Notes: generated from the letters alone by a model not told the origin. A stretch of DNA of 64,000 nt from an uncultured Chloroflexia bacterium (GCA_963743185.1 CAVUOT010000007.1:24869-88868); one strand, 5' to 3'. Positions 9,469-19,351 are shown, counted from the first letter of the stretch. Made by a program: numbers and translations.

Positions 9469-9924
9469 CTACTCCGCGTCTCGCAGCGGTGGCGACACCG
9501 GCAGCCGCAACAAGCGCGCGATGCCCATCGCCAGTCCCCAGACGAGCAGCGCCGTCAGCCCTCCCGCCGTCACGCCCATGAACAGCGCGTCCGTCAGGTT
9601 CACTTCCGACGTTGTGTTGCGGACGCCCCAAGCGGCTGCCGACGCGAAGATCGCGAACGACGAGATCGTCACGACGAACGACGCCGTCGCCACGTCCGGT
9701 AGATCCGCCTGGCGCACGAGCAGCAATACCGTCGCCGCGCTCCAGGCGATCGAGATCGCCCAGATGATCGCCAGCACCGCGGCGTCGGCGTGCGCGGGAC
9801 CGGTGGTAGCCGGCGCGAGCGCGATCGCCGCGCACAACTGCGCCCCGAACATCGCGGCGCCAACGCCGACGAGCATCTTCCTGCGGGACGTGAGAGGCAG
9901 CTGCGGGCCGTCCTCGAACTGCAT
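9469..9924 (-). CDS. hypothetical integral membrane protein
   Basis: Internal ATG 9924 of ORF 9469..10329 (MQFEDGPQLPLTSRRKMLVGVGAAMFGAQLCAAIALA...), with about 4 hydrophobic helices. ATGA overlap with the upstream membrane ORF. Confidence 0.55.
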   Translation of the reverse strand: MQFEDGPQLPLTSRRKMLVGVGAAMFGAQLCAAIALAPATTGPAHADAAVLAIIWAISIAWSAATVLLLVRQADLPDVATASFVVTISSFAIFASAAAWGVRNTTSEVNLTDALFMGVTAGGLTALLVWGLAMGIARLLRLPVSPPLRDAE

Positions 9925-10388
9925 CAGGCGCGCGCGAACCGCGAGCGCAGCGCGGGTATCCGCAGCAGGATCGCCGCCGCGATGCCGGTCGGCACGCCGA
10001 GGAACGCGCCGTGTGCTGCGACCAGCGCGATCGCCTGCGACCACTGCGGACCGAAACGCTCGGCGTGGAAGCGCTCGCCGGACGCGAGGTGGATCGCCGC
10101 GTACACGGTCTGCGCGGCGGCCCACGTCGCCGCGCCGATGAGCACGGTCGTCGCCGCCGCGCGCCAGCCACCGCGCGCACCGCCCGCCGCGTAGGCCGTC
10201 GCCAGCACGCCGAAGCCGACGACCATTAGCAGCGGCACCCGCAGCGCCCGAAAGTCCAGCCATTCGCCCGCCATGCCGCCGAGCACCGCGACGATCGGCG
10301 CGCCGAGCAGCAGCAGTCCCGCGGGCCATGTGAGTGCGGGCCGGCCGTGCGCCGTGCGCGCGGAGATAGTCGATGCGCGTGTGGTCAT
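9924..10388 (-). CDS. hypothetical integral membrane protein
   Basis: ORF 9924..10388 has several hydrophobic helices (LLLLGAPIVAVLGGMAG, LLMVVGFGVLATAYAAG, AAILLRIPAL). It is translationally coupled to 9469..9924. Confidence 0.55.
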   Translation of the reverse strand: MTTRASTISARTAHGRPALTWPAGLLLLGAPIVAVLGGMAGEWLDFRALRVPLLMVVGFGVLATAYAAGGARGGWRAAATTVLIGAATWAAAQTVYAAIHLASGERFHAERFGPQWSQAIALVAAHGAFLGVPTGIAAAILLRIPALRSRFARA

Positions 10389-10477
10389 GGTGCGGTCATT
10401 ATCCGTGGTGGCCGGTACGCGGACAAGCGAACGAGGGCACTCGGGCGGCCGCTCTCTCGGAGGCTAACGCACCGATC

Positions 10478-11409
10478 TCACGGACAGGCGGTGACGTGCT
10501 GCGTAAACACCTGCGCCATACGCGTCAGGTCGAGGATGCTGATCTGGCTGTCTTTGTCCTGCTTGTAGCGCTCGGGCGCCGGCGGGACCGTCTGGGTGAA
10601 GTACACCGCCACTTTCGCGAGGTCGAGGATCGAGACTGCGCCGTCGTTGTCGACGTCCGCGCGCATGATCTGGCAGTACGCCAGGTCGTTCTTGCCGCCG
10701 GTGACCGCCGCTTCCTGCGCCGCGGTGTAGCCGTCGCCGTCCTTGTCGTCGTCGCAGGCGTCGCCGAGGCTGTCCGCGCCCGGCCTGATTCGACTGCCGT
10801 GTTTGCGGCGTCCGTGTTCGTCTGCGAGACGTTGTTGTCGAACGGGCAGTTGTCGTGCGGATAGGCGATCGCCGTCGCCGTCGTCCGCCGTCTTCACGCG
10901 GTTCGCCGCCGACGTCGTGTAATCGAACACGATCCAGCCGATGTTCTCGCCCCACGCCTTGCCGCTGAACAGGCCGGTGCGCCGGATCGATCGTCACGCC
11001 GTAGTTGCCGGTGCTCGCGCACGTCGCCGGCACGTTCTGACACGAGAAGCTGATCCAGCCGACGTTCTCGCCCCACGCGTAGCCGGAGAGATTGCCAATC
11101 ACCGTCGTTCTTGACGCCGTAGTTGCCCGTCGAACCGCACGTCGCGTTGTTCGTGCAGTTCATGTTGATCCAGCCGATGTTCTCGCCCCACATGTAGCCG
11201 GTGAGCTTCAGACCGGAGACGGTGACGCCAGGGTTGCCGCTGGCCGGCGCCTTGGCGTTGATCCAGCCGACGTTCTCGCCCCAGGCGTAGCGCGCGCCGG
11301 TCGCGCCGGGGTCGATCGTGTCGGCCGCGGCGACGATCGCGGCGATCGCGGCGATGACCGCCGCCAGCACGGCCGCCGTGAAGAAACGCCTTCGGAGTCT
11401 CGTGATCAT
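10478..11409 (-). pseudogene. Secreted repeat protein (4x 'WGENxGWI' repeats + thrombospondin type-3 Ca-binding repeats + dockerin-like C-terminus), broken by at least 4 frameshifts
   Basis: The N-terminal anchor is MITRLRRRFFTAAVLAAVIAAIAAIVAA. The repeats are YAWGENVGWINAK, YMWGENIGWINMNCTNNATCGSTGNYGV, YAWGENVGWISFSCQNVPATCASTGNYGV and KAWGENIGWIVFDY, spread over ORFs 10894..11409, 10464..11102 and 10478..10930. These are followed by DGDGIAYPHDNCPFDNNVSQTNTD / GDACDDDKDGDGY. The C-terminus has the dockerin-like pair DVDNDGAVSILDLAKV / DKDSQISILDLTRM. Confidence 0.65.
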
Positions 11410-11535
11410 GCTTCCGCCGTTGAGCGTAGACGTGCGTGGTGTGGCCTATCGTATCACGCGCGCCTCAGATGTCGAGCAGTTGCACGTCAAGAATGGGGAC
11501 TGGCTCCCCGACTCTCTCCATTGCGTTTGCTACTT

Positions 11536-12445
11536 CTAATACACAATGTTCGCCCACGGGTTGCTGATCGGCGTGCCCCCGCTCTCCAGCGGCCCCGCCG
11601 CGTTCCCCGCCACGATACTCACGTCCGAGTTCGCGCCCGCGGATGCTGTTCCGGATGATGACGTTGTTCGCGTTATCGACCTTGATCGCCAGCGCTCCGA
11701 CCGCGAATTCGTCGCACGTTGTTGGAGTCGATCCGGTTGCCGGAGTTGATGACGTGGATTGCGAACCGGAGTTGTCGAACGAGGTATTGTCAACGACGAG
11801 CGTAGATCCCAGCACCTGGATCCCGTCCATGGCGTTGTCGGAGGCCGTCGAATCGCGGATGATGCCGCCTTCGCCAGCATTGTTGTTCATCAGGATGCCG
11901 TGCGCTCCGTTGTTCGTCGCCACGACGTGGCTGATCAGGCTGTTGCCGCTCGCACGGATACCACCGCCGCCGTTGCCATACAGGCGCAGGTCTTCGAATG
12001 TGCTGTCGCGGACCCAGTCCCCGTCAATGCCGTTCTGACCCCACCCACTAATCGTGCCGCCGTGCACGCTCGCGTTGCGGTGAGGTCCCGCGAACCAGAT
12101 GCCGCTCGACGAGCCAGCCACTCCCAACAGCGCGAATCCGTTCAGGTCGATCGTGACGGCATCAGCGGCGAGCCAGATGCCGTTCGTTCCGGTTACGCCG
12201 GTGATGTCCTCCGCCAGGTAGTACGAGCCCGGCGTGTTGATCATGATCGGGAACCCCGCCGCCGATGCGGGCTGCCGGATCGGTATGCGCGGCTCAACGT
12301 CGCCGAGCGTCTTCATCGTCGACGCCGGCGCACCCGGCGGGTCGAGCGGCCCGCCGCGCACCACGCCCGCCAGTGAACCGATCAGCGCTACGGCGAGCGC
12401 GCCCGCGACGGCCCACGCCGCGCGGTCCAGCAGACTGCGTTTCAT
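11536..12445 (-). CDS. Secreted right-handed parallel beta-helix repeat protein; apparent frameshift near 11640
   Basis: ORF 11465..12445 has a signal/anchor MKRSLLDRAAWAVAGALAVALIGSLAG and repeated G-x-I/NG-I turns (GIWLAADAVTIDLNGF, GIRASGNSLISHVVATNNGAHGILMNNN, DNAMDGIQV). The protein-like C-terminus ...RNSIRGANSDVSIVAGNAAGPLESGGTPISNPWANIVY* lies in the frame of ORF 11536..11880. Confidence 0.65.
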
Positions 12446-12576
12446 GGCAGACCTCCAACGAATGCGTGCGGGGTGTGGGCGAAGCGTAGGTGGCGGCTCC
12501 GGCCCCGGGCAAGAGCCGTTCGTCCGTACTTCACCGCGCCGTCAAGCTGCGCTGTGGTTCGGACTTGACGCGCGGG

Positions 12577-13857
12577 TCAGCCGGCGGGCGTGATGCGGGC
12601 GATGCCGCCCATGAACGGCAGCAGCACCTCCGGCACGTCGATGCTGCCGTCTTCGTTCTGGCAGTTCTCCATGATCGCGATCATCGTGCGCGGCAGTGCC
12701 AGGCCGGAGCCGTTCAGCGTGTGCGGGAACTCCGGCTTGCCGCCGGGCTCCCGGCGGAAGCGGATGTTCGCGCGGCGCGCCTGGAAGTCGGTGCAGTTGC
12801 TGACCGACGAGACCTCGAGCCACTCGCCGGCCGCAGGCGCCCACACTTCGACGTCGTACGTGCGCGCGGCGTTGAAGCCGAGGTCGCCCGTGCAGATCTC
12901 GATCACGCGATACCGGAAGCCGAGCGCGCGGCAGACGTCCAGCGCGTCTTCGAGCATCGACGCAAGCTCTTCGCCCGACTTCTCCGGCTCGCAGAACTTG
13001 TACATCTCCACCTTGTCGAACTGGTGGCCGCGCTTGATGCCGCGCACGTCGCGCCCGGCGCTCATCTTCTCGCGCCGGAAGCACGGCGTGTACGCGACGT
13101 AGTGCAGCGGCAGCGCGCCCGGCTCCAGGATCTCGCCGCCGTGCATGTTCGTCAGCGGCACCTCGGCCGTCGGCACGAACCAGAAATCCTCCTCGGCGTC
13201 GTGGTAGAGGTTGTCGCGGAACTTCGGCAGCTGGCCGGAGTGCCACATCGTCTCTTCCTTCACCATCGCCGGCAGGTACATCTCGCGGTAGCCGTGCTTG
13301 TCGATGTGCAGCTCCAGCATGAACGAGATCAGCGCCCGCTGCAGCCGCGCGCCCGCGCCCTTCAGTACGTAGAAGCGGCTCCCGGAGAGCCGCGCGCCGC
13401 GCTCGAAGTCGATGATGTCCAGCGCCTCGCCCAGCTCGTAGTGCGGCTTGCGCCACGCGTCCGTGTACTCCTCGCCGTGCTGCTGCGCGACGCGGTTCTC
13501 GTCCTCGCTCGCGCCGTACGGCGCCGCGGCGTCGGGGATGTTCGGGATCTCCATGACGAGCGCGTCGAGCCGTTCCTCGATCTCGCGCAGCCGCGGCGTC
13601 AGCTCGTCGACGCGCGTCGACACGCCCTTCATCCCGTCGATCATGCGCTGGCGCTCGCCCGCGTCCTTCGCCGCGCCGATCTTCTTGCCGGCGGCGTTCT
13701 GCTCGGCGCGCAGCGTCTCGACTTCGGCGAGCAGCGCGCGGCGTTGTTCGTCCAGCGAGAGGATCTCGTCGAGCGGCCCGCCGTCCGCCGTCTGCCGGTC
13801 GGCCAGCGACTTGCGCACGACGTCAGCGTGCTCGCGGATGAACTGCAGGCTCAGCAT
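12577..13857 (-). CDS. serS: serine--tRNA ligase
   Basis: ORF 12577..13857, 426 aa. It has an N-terminal coiled-coil arm (MLSLQFIREHADVVRKSLADR) and a class II core (FRREPGGKPEFPHTLNGSGLALPRTMIAIMEN). Confidence 0.95.
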   Translation of the reverse strand: MLSLQFIREHADVVRKSLADRQTADGGPLDEILSLDEQRRALLAEVETLRAEQNAAGKKIGAAKDAGERQRMIDGMKGVSTRVDELTPRLREIEERLDALVMEIPNIPDAAAPYGASEDENRVAQQHGEEYTDAWRKPHYELGEALDIIDFERGARLSGSRFYVLKGAGARLQRALISFMLELHIDKHGYREMYLPAMVKEETMWHSGQLPKFRDNLYHDAEEDFWFVPTAEVPLTNMHGGEILEPGALPLHYVAYTPCFRREKMSAGRDVRGIKRGHQFDKVEMYKFCEPEKSGEELASMLEDALDVCRALGFRYRVIEICTGDLGFNAARTYDVEVWAPAAGEWLEVSSVSNCTDFQARRANIRFRREPGGKPEFPHTLNGSGLALPRTMIAIMENCQNEDGSIDVPEVLLPFMGGIARITPAG

Positions 13858-13861
13858 GGGT

Positions 13862-13900
13862 GCAGGTTACAGAACCTGGAACCTAGAACCTAGAACCTGG
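13862..13900 (-). repeat. Heptad TAG repeat tract (xAGGTTC x4 on the minus strand) giving stops in all three frames
   Basis: gcaggttacagaacctggaacctagaacctagaacctgg. Minus-strand ORFs in three different frames end here (stops at 13867, 13883 and 13890). There is a short CAGGTT/AACCTG inverted pair at the left end. Confidence 0.7.
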
Positions 13901-14396
13901 GTCAGCGTCCCGCACCAGCGCGATCGCCCGCAGCCCCAGCACCCGCACGTCCTCCGGCACGGCGATGTCGACGCCGCACGACGCCACCGGCAGGTGCTCG
14001 TCGCGCCTGCAGCTGCGCCTCGCGTGACCCAGATGAAGCCGTGGTCCCGCTCCGGCGCCACGCGAGCGACGCCGTCGCGCGGCCGCAGCACGTAGATCAT
14101 GTCGATGTGCTGGTGCGCCGGCTCGCCCGCCGACGCGCCGACGTCCGCCACGATGATCGACAGCGGCACCGGCAGCTGCGGCGGCGACGCGTATGGCAGC
14201 GGCGGCGCGTGCGGCACCACCTCCGCCGCGATCCCCGTCTCCTCCAGCACCTCGCGCACCGTCGCCTGCACCGGGTCCTCGTCCGGGTCGATGTGCCCGC
14301 CGGGCGGCAGCCACGAGCTGGAGCTTCTGGTGCCAGTGCAGCAGCGTCGCGATCGCCCTCGACGACGAACCCGGACACGGTGAAGTGGCGTCGCAT
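13883..14396 (-). pseudogene. NUDIX hydrolase, with about 3 apparent frameshifts
   Basis: The pieces are MRRHFTVSGFVVEGDR (ORF 14097..14396 frame), ATLLHWHQKLQL (13883..14314 frame) and WLPPGGHIDPDEDPVQATVREVLEETGIAAEV (Nudix box GX5EX7REUXEEXGU, 13867..15681 frame). The tail ...EHLPVASCGVDIAVPEDVRVLGLRAIALVRDA is again in the 13883 frame. Confidence 0.7.
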
Positions 14397-14405
14397 GCGC
14401 CAAGG

Positions 14406-15624
14406 TTACACGTGCACGCCGATCCGAGAGAAGCCCCGATGCCGGTAGGGGCGCAGCCTGCTGCGCCCGGGGCTGAGACAAAGGTCGGTTATCGCTGCGA
14501 ACTCCGAGCCAGCCGACTTCGCCCAGCGATTCGCCTGTCGCGGCGCCTTCGTGCTCTTCGTGGATTGCCGCTCCCGCGCCAGCAGGTCGCGCTTGCGTCC
14601 GACGCCCCACCGGAACCCGGACAGCGTGCCGTCCGCGTGGATGACGCGGTGGCACGGCACGACGATCGGCGTCGGGTTGTCCGCGCACGCGCGAGCGACG
14701 GCGCGCGCCGCCTTCGGCTGGCCGATGGCGCGCGCGATCTCCGTGTACGAGCGCGTCTCGCCGCACGGGATCTCGCGCAGCGCCTGCCACACGCGCGCCT
14801 GGAACGCCGTCGCCAGCACATCGACCGGCAGCGTGTGGTCCGGGTGTCCGTCGCTTGATCGCGCGGACGACAGGGGCGGCGTAGCGCTTCGCCGCGCGGT
14901 CGTCGCGTGCGATCTCCGCCGCCGGATATTCGTCGCGCAGCTCTGATTCCAGTGCCGCCGCGCTGTTGCCGAGGCAGACGAACGCGATGCCGCGCCCCGT
15001 CGTCGCGACGAGCACCTGCCCCAGCGCGCACGGCTGCACCGTGTACGCGATGCGCATGCCGCGCCCGCCGCGGCCGTACGCCGCCGGCGTCATGCCCAGC
15101 ACGCGCCCCGTCTGTTCGTACACGCGGCTGCTCGATCCGTACCCCGCGCGATACACCGCGCCTGCGACGCCGCCTGATGCGCGCAGTTCCTGTTTGAGGT
15201 GGCCGACGCGATGCGCCGCCGCGTACTGTCGTGGCGTCACGCCGGTGATGCGCTTGAACGTGCGCTGCAGGTGGAACGGGCTCACGTGGAACTCGGCGCC
15301 GAGTTCGTTCAACGTCGGCTCTGCGCCGGAGCCGTCGACGATCCGGTCGCACACACGCTGGATCAGCGCGCGCTGCGAATCGGGCGCCGCCTCGCGCGGG
15401 CGGCAGCGCTTGCACGCGCGATACCCGGCGCGCTCGGCGCCGTCGGGCGCCGCGAAGAACTCCACGTTCTCCCGCTTCGGCTTCCGCGCCGGACACGACG
15501 GCCGGCAGTAGATGCGCGTCGTGCGCACCGCCGTCACGAACGCTCCGTCAAGCGAACGATCGCTATCGAGCACGGCGCGCCACCGCCGATCGTCGTCCCG
15601 CGTCGTGTCGTTCGTCCGCGCCAT
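14406..15624 (-). CDS. ada: Bifunctional Ada-type regulator / O6-methylguanine-DNA methyltransferase; apparent frameshift near 14840
   Basis: N-terminal Ada Zn domain RRWRAVLDSDRSLDGAFVTAVRTTRIYCRPSCPARKPKRENVEFF...CKRC, then an AraC-type HTH (LNELGAEFHVSPFHLQRTFKRITGVTPRQY). The Ogt domain is in ORF 14406..14819 (FQARVWQALREIPCGETRSYTEIA...VVPCHRVI, PCHR active site). Start chosen at ATG 15624; upstream ATGs extend to 15681. The C-terminal ~50 aa tail reads through the hairpin repeat and may not be real. Confidence 0.8.
14445..14468. terminator. GC-rich palindromic hairpin GTAGGGGCGCAGCCTGCTGCGCCC (identical copy at 36194)
   Basis: 9-bp stem GGGCGCAGC/GCTGCGCCC with a 2-nt loop at the 3' end of ada-ogt. 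There is no U-tract, so terminator function is an inference. Confidence 0.4.
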
Positions 15625-15830
15625 CACTGCAACCATCGCGTCACCTCCGCCCGCACCATACGCGCGAAGGAATGCCGCCATCTATCCGGATCTTGCGCAC
15701 GAACTCGTGCGCTGGCATTCCCGCCCCTCCCCATCTGTGGCCATCTGTGAAAATCTGTGGATAACCATCCCCCTCACCCGATCTCGAGCACCGGCGCGCC
15801 GTACTCGACGCGCATCGCGAGGGGCAAGGG

Positions 15831-17099
15831 CTAAGGTCGCGTCTGGCCGGTGCCGAAGACGATCCACTTGTAGGTGCAGATCTCGCGCAGGCCGACGGGC
15901 CCCCGTGCGTGGAACTTCTGCGTGGCGTCGATGATCTCGGCGCCCATGCCGAACTGGCCGCCGTCGGTGAACTGCGTGCTGGCGTTGACGTAGCAGACCG
16001 CCGTGTCGACTTCGCGCAGGAAGCGCATCGCGGTGCTGTAGTTCTCGGTGACGATGGCGTCGGAGTGGCCGCTGCTGTAGCGGTAGACGAAGTCGACAGC
16101 GTCGTCGTACGAGTCGACGACCTTGACGGACGCGATCAGCGCGAGCCACTCCTTGCCGTAGTCGGCATCGGTGCCGCGCACGCTGTTGTACTGACCGTCG
16201 AGGATCGCGTAGGCGCGGTCGTCGCAGCGCAGCTCGACGCCCTTCTCGGCGAGGGCGCGGGCAACGTCGGGCAGGAAGCGCGCGGCGACGCCGGCGTGTA
16301 CGACGATGGTGTCGAGAGCGTTGCAGATGCTGTAGCGGCGCGTCTTGGCGTTGACGACGATGTCGCGCGCCTTCGCCAGGTCGGCGTCGCGGTCGACGTA
16401 GGTGTGGCAGACGCCGATGCCGCCGATGAGCACGGGCATCGTCGCGTTCTTCTCGACGAAGCGGATCAGCTCTTCGCCGCCGCGCGGCACGACGAGGTCA
16501 ATGTAGTCCTTCATCGTCAGCATCTCGGCGACGATGGCGCGGTCGCTGGACTCGATGATCTGCACGGCGCCCTCGGGCACGCCGGCCGCGGCGAGCGCGC
16601 CGTCGATGACGCGGCCGAGCACGATGTTCGACTGCAGCGCTTCCTTGCCGCCGCGCAGGATCGTGGCGCTGCCCGCCTTCAGGCACAGCGACGCGATATC
16701 GACGGTGACGTTGGGGCGGTTCTCGTAGATCGCGCCGATGACGCCGAAGGGGACGCGCATCTTGCCGACGATCATGCCGTTGGGCAGCGTGCGCATCTCG
16801 ATGCTCTCGCCGACGGGGTCGGGCAGCGAAGCGACGTTGCGCACGTCGCTGGCGATCGCGGCGAGGCGCTCCGGCGTGAGCGTCAGGCGGTCGAGCGCGG
16901 CAGCAGGCAGTCCGTCGCCACGGCCGCGCTCGATGTCGCGCGCGTTCGCCGCGAGGATCTCACCCTCGTGCGCGGACAGCGCATCGGCGAGTCCGTTCAG
17001 CGCCTGGTTCTTGACGGCCGTCGAAATCGTCGCCAGCCGCCGCGCCGCGCGCTTCGCCGCCTGCGCTTTCTGCTCGATCTCTGAAGCTACGGTGGTCAT
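15831..17099 (-). CDS. proA: glutamate-5-semialdehyde dehydrogenase (gamma-glutamyl phosphate reductase)
   Basis: ORF 15831..17099, 422 aa. Typical ProA layout (KNQALNGLADALSAHEGEILAANARDIERG..., ICNALDTIVVH catalytic Cys region). Confidence 0.93.
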   Translation of the reverse strand: MTTVASEIEQKAQAAKRAARRLATISTAVKNQALNGLADALSAHEGEILAANARDIERGRGDGLPAAALDRLTLTPERLAAIASDVRNVASLPDPVGESIEMRTLPNGMIVGKMRVPFGVIGAIYENRPNVTVDIASLCLKAGSATILRGGKEALQSNIVLGRVIDGALAAAGVPEGAVQIIESSDRAIVAEMLTMKDYIDLVVPRGGEELIRFVEKNATMPVLIGGIGVCHTYVDRDADLAKARDIVVNAKTRRYSICNALDTIVVHAGVAARFLPDVARALAEKGVELRCDDRAYAILDGQYNSVRGTDADYGKEWLALIASVKVVDSYDDAVDFVYRYSSGHSDAIVTENYSTAMRFLREVDTAVCYVNASTQFTDGGQFGMGAEIIDATQKFHARGPVGLREICTYKWIVFGTGQTRP

Positions 17100-17231
17100 C
17101 GGTGTGGTCCTCGCGCCAGGTTCCTCTCGGGGTGAGGGTAGTGTAGCGGGTCGGGGCGAGGGGGGTAGAAGGCGATGTCGGAAGTCAGACGGCGGAGAGC
17201 GAAGGGGGAGGAGAGATGCCGGTGGTATGGG

Positions 17232-18449
17232 CTACTGGTCACCCCGTGTCTCAGCGGCGTCCCGCCAAGCGGCCAGGAAGTTCACGCGCGGTCCAGATCG
17301 CAGGATCGCGCCCGAGTACAATCGCGCTCCGAGCCAGATCATCGCCAGCAGCCAGGGAACCATGAGGGCGACGGAGGCGACGATCTCGATCGGGTGCGGG
17401 TCGCCAAGGGCCACACGCGCCGGCATCGCCAGCGGAGCGGTCGGCGGCAGGAGCGAGAGGATGCGCGCCAACACACCGTCGGGGTCGTCAGTGAGAACGG
17501 TGAGCGAGAGGAAGTACGGCACCATCAGAATCAGGGAGAGCGGCATCTGCGCTGACTCGGCTTCCGACTGGCGGGAGACCGTGGCACCGACCGCCGCATA
17601 CAGGAAGCTGTAAGAGATGATCCCGAGGACGAAGAAGACGCAGGAGATGAGCGCCACGTCGAGTGCTACAGAGGGGATCTCAGCCGCACCTATCACAATG
17701 AGCGCAACCCCGGTAGCGACCAACGCGGCGAGCAGCTGAACCAGCGCGGCGGCGACAATGCCGAGGACCTTGCCTGCGAGGAGTTGCTCGGGCCGCAATG
17801 TCCCGAGGAGAACCTCGACGACCCTCGACGTCTTCTCCTCGACGACTCCCCCGAGCAGCGCCCCCCCGTAGAGAATCAGTGCGAGGAAGATAAGGATGGT
17901 CGCCGCCTGGGCGACCAGCGTCCGCTCGTCATCGTCTGCCGTCTTGCGCGCATCGCCCGGGTCGAGCAGGGTAACGGACGCTCCCTCGGGCTCAACTAGG
18001 GGACGCACGTCCGCATAGGAAAGGTGCAACTCGTCGAGAATGCCCGGCAAGGAACGAACATAGAGCGCACGATTCACCAGCGCGGTCAAGGCCGGGTCCT
18101 CGCGTGACTCGAACACGAGGTCGCGCTGACCAGTGACAAGGGCGTCGACATCACCATTGCGCAGCGCAGCGTCGCCGGAGGCCTGATCGGGAAAGCTTCG
18201 CACCTCGACGTCGATGCCCAGTGAAGTGGCGCTTTGCGTGAGGTCCTGTTCGAGGGCATCGCTTGACGGCCGCGCTACGCCGAGATGCTTCGGGCCCTCT
18301 TCGAAGAGCCCGGGCAGGAGGTCAATGGCGGCGACGCTACCGGCGGAAAGAACCACGATCAGCGTCGTGATGATGAGAAACGACCGGGTCCTGACCCGTT
18401 CGCGCAGTTCATGGGTTGCCACAAGCCATACGGCCGCGAGGTTCGTCAT
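17232..18449 (-). CDS. ABC-2 type transporter permease (NatB-like)
   Basis: ORF 17232..18449. One N-terminal TM helix, a large extracytoplasmic loop and 5 C-terminal TM helices. 4-nt overlap with the upstream ATPase gene. Confidence 0.8.
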   Translation of the reverse strand: MTNLAAVWLVATHELRERVRTRSFLIITTLIVVLSAGSVAAIDLLPGLFEEGPKHLGVARPSSDALEQDLTQSATSLGIDVEVRSFPDQASGDAALRNGDVDALVTGQRDLVFESREDPALTALVNRALYVRSLPGILDELHLSYADVRPLVEPEGASVTLLDPGDARKTADDDERTLVAQAATILIFLALILYGGALLGGVVEEKTSRVVEVLLGTLRPEQLLAGKVLGIVAAALVQLLAALVATGVALIVIGAAEIPSVALDVALISCVFFVLGIISYSFLYAAVGATVSRQSEAESAQMPLSLILMVPYFLSLTVLTDDPDGVLARILSLLPPTAPLAMPARVALGDPHPIEIVASVALMVPWLLAMIWLGARLYSGAILRSGPRVNFLAAWRDAAETRGDQ

Positions 18450-19351
18450 GCTTCCACCGCCTCGCGAAAGAGGTCCGACAGCGCCGGCGGCTCGAAGCGG
18501 AAGTACCCCACCTCACCCAGGCGAGATGCCGCCGCAAGCAGCGCCTGCGGATCGGCGTGGCGGGAAACCTGGCACCTGACCTCGCCATCGCGCTGCCAGA
18601 GCACACGCACTCTCTCCATAGCCGAGATGCATCCGATGAGGCTGGCCTGTTCGGACGGGGCTGTGAGCGAAAGCTGAACGTAGCGATACGGCGACGCTTG
18701 CCGAATGCGCTGCAGGGTGCCGTTCAAGACAGTCCGGCCCTCATCGATGATGGCAATGTCGTCGCAGATGTGCTCAACAAGATCGAGTTGGTGGCTGGAG
18801 AAGACCACCGCCGCGCCGCGCCGCGCCTCCCCGCGGATCGCCTCGCCGAGTGCCTCGACGCCGATAGGGTCGAGACCCGCGAAGGGCTCATCGAGAACGA
18901 GCAGGTCCGGACTGCTCACGAGCGCAACCGCCAACTGGACGCGCTGCTGATTCCCGTGCGACAACTCCTCCAACCTCACCCACGACTTACCGGTGAGCCC
19001 GAGGCGTTCGAGCCAGCCCAGGGCAGCGGCCCGAGCAGCAGATGCGTTCAGGCCGTGCAGCCGCGCAAAATAGCTGACCTGCTCGAGGATGCGCATCCGG
19101 GGGTAGAGGCCGCGCTCCTCCGGCATGTAGCCGAAGCGGCGGCGCTCCTCATGTCCGATCTGCCGTCCGTTCCAGAGAGTCTCGCCCGCATCCAGGCGGA
19201 CCAACCCGAAGATGCTGCGCATGGTGGTCGTCTTGCCGGAGCCGTTTGGGCCCAGAAAGCCCACAATCTGCCCGGCTCGGACGTCGAAGCCACAGCCATC
19301 GAGGGCAACCGTCGTGCCGTAACGCTTCCGCAGGCCGATCAGTTCAAGCAT
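18446..19351 (-). CDS. ABC transporter ATP-binding protein (NatA-like)
   Basis: Internal ATG 19351 (MLELIGLRKRYG...). Walker A GPNGSGKTT, signature LSHGNQQRV, Walker B LLVLDEPFAGLD. Confidence 0.92.
   Translation of the reverse strand: MLELIGLRKRYGTTVALDGCGFDVRAGQIVGFLGPNGSGKTTTMRSIFGLVRLDAGETLWNGRQIGHEERRRFGYMPEERGLYPRMRILEQVSYFARLHGLNASAARAAALGWLERLGLTGKSWVRLEELSHGNQQRVQLAVALVSSPDLLVLDEPFAGLDPIGVEALGEAIRGEARRGAAVVFSSHQLDLVEHICDDIAIIDEGRTVLNGTLQRIRQASPYRYVQLSLTAPSEQASLIGCISAMERVRVLWQRDGEVRCQVSRHADPQALLAAASRLGEVGYFRFEPPALSDLFREAVEA

Noticed and set aside
14406-14530. The C-terminal ~45 aa tail of Ogt (..STKSTKAPRQANRWAKSAGSEFAAITDLCLSPGRSRLRPYRHRGFSRIGVHV) as genuine sequence.
   Set aside because: It extends well beyond the usual Ogt end and is translated through the repeated palindromic hairpin. 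It is likely read-through caused by an indel or by lack of an in-frame stop. It stays within the feature coordinates only for want of a better stop.
13867-15681. Single 604 aa Ada-NUDIX fusion ORF.
   Set aside because: It is a composite of the ada N-terminus, out-of-frame Ogt sequence and the middle of the NUDIX gene. The Ogt domain and the NUDIX termini are in other frames, so two separate frameshifted genes is the better reading.
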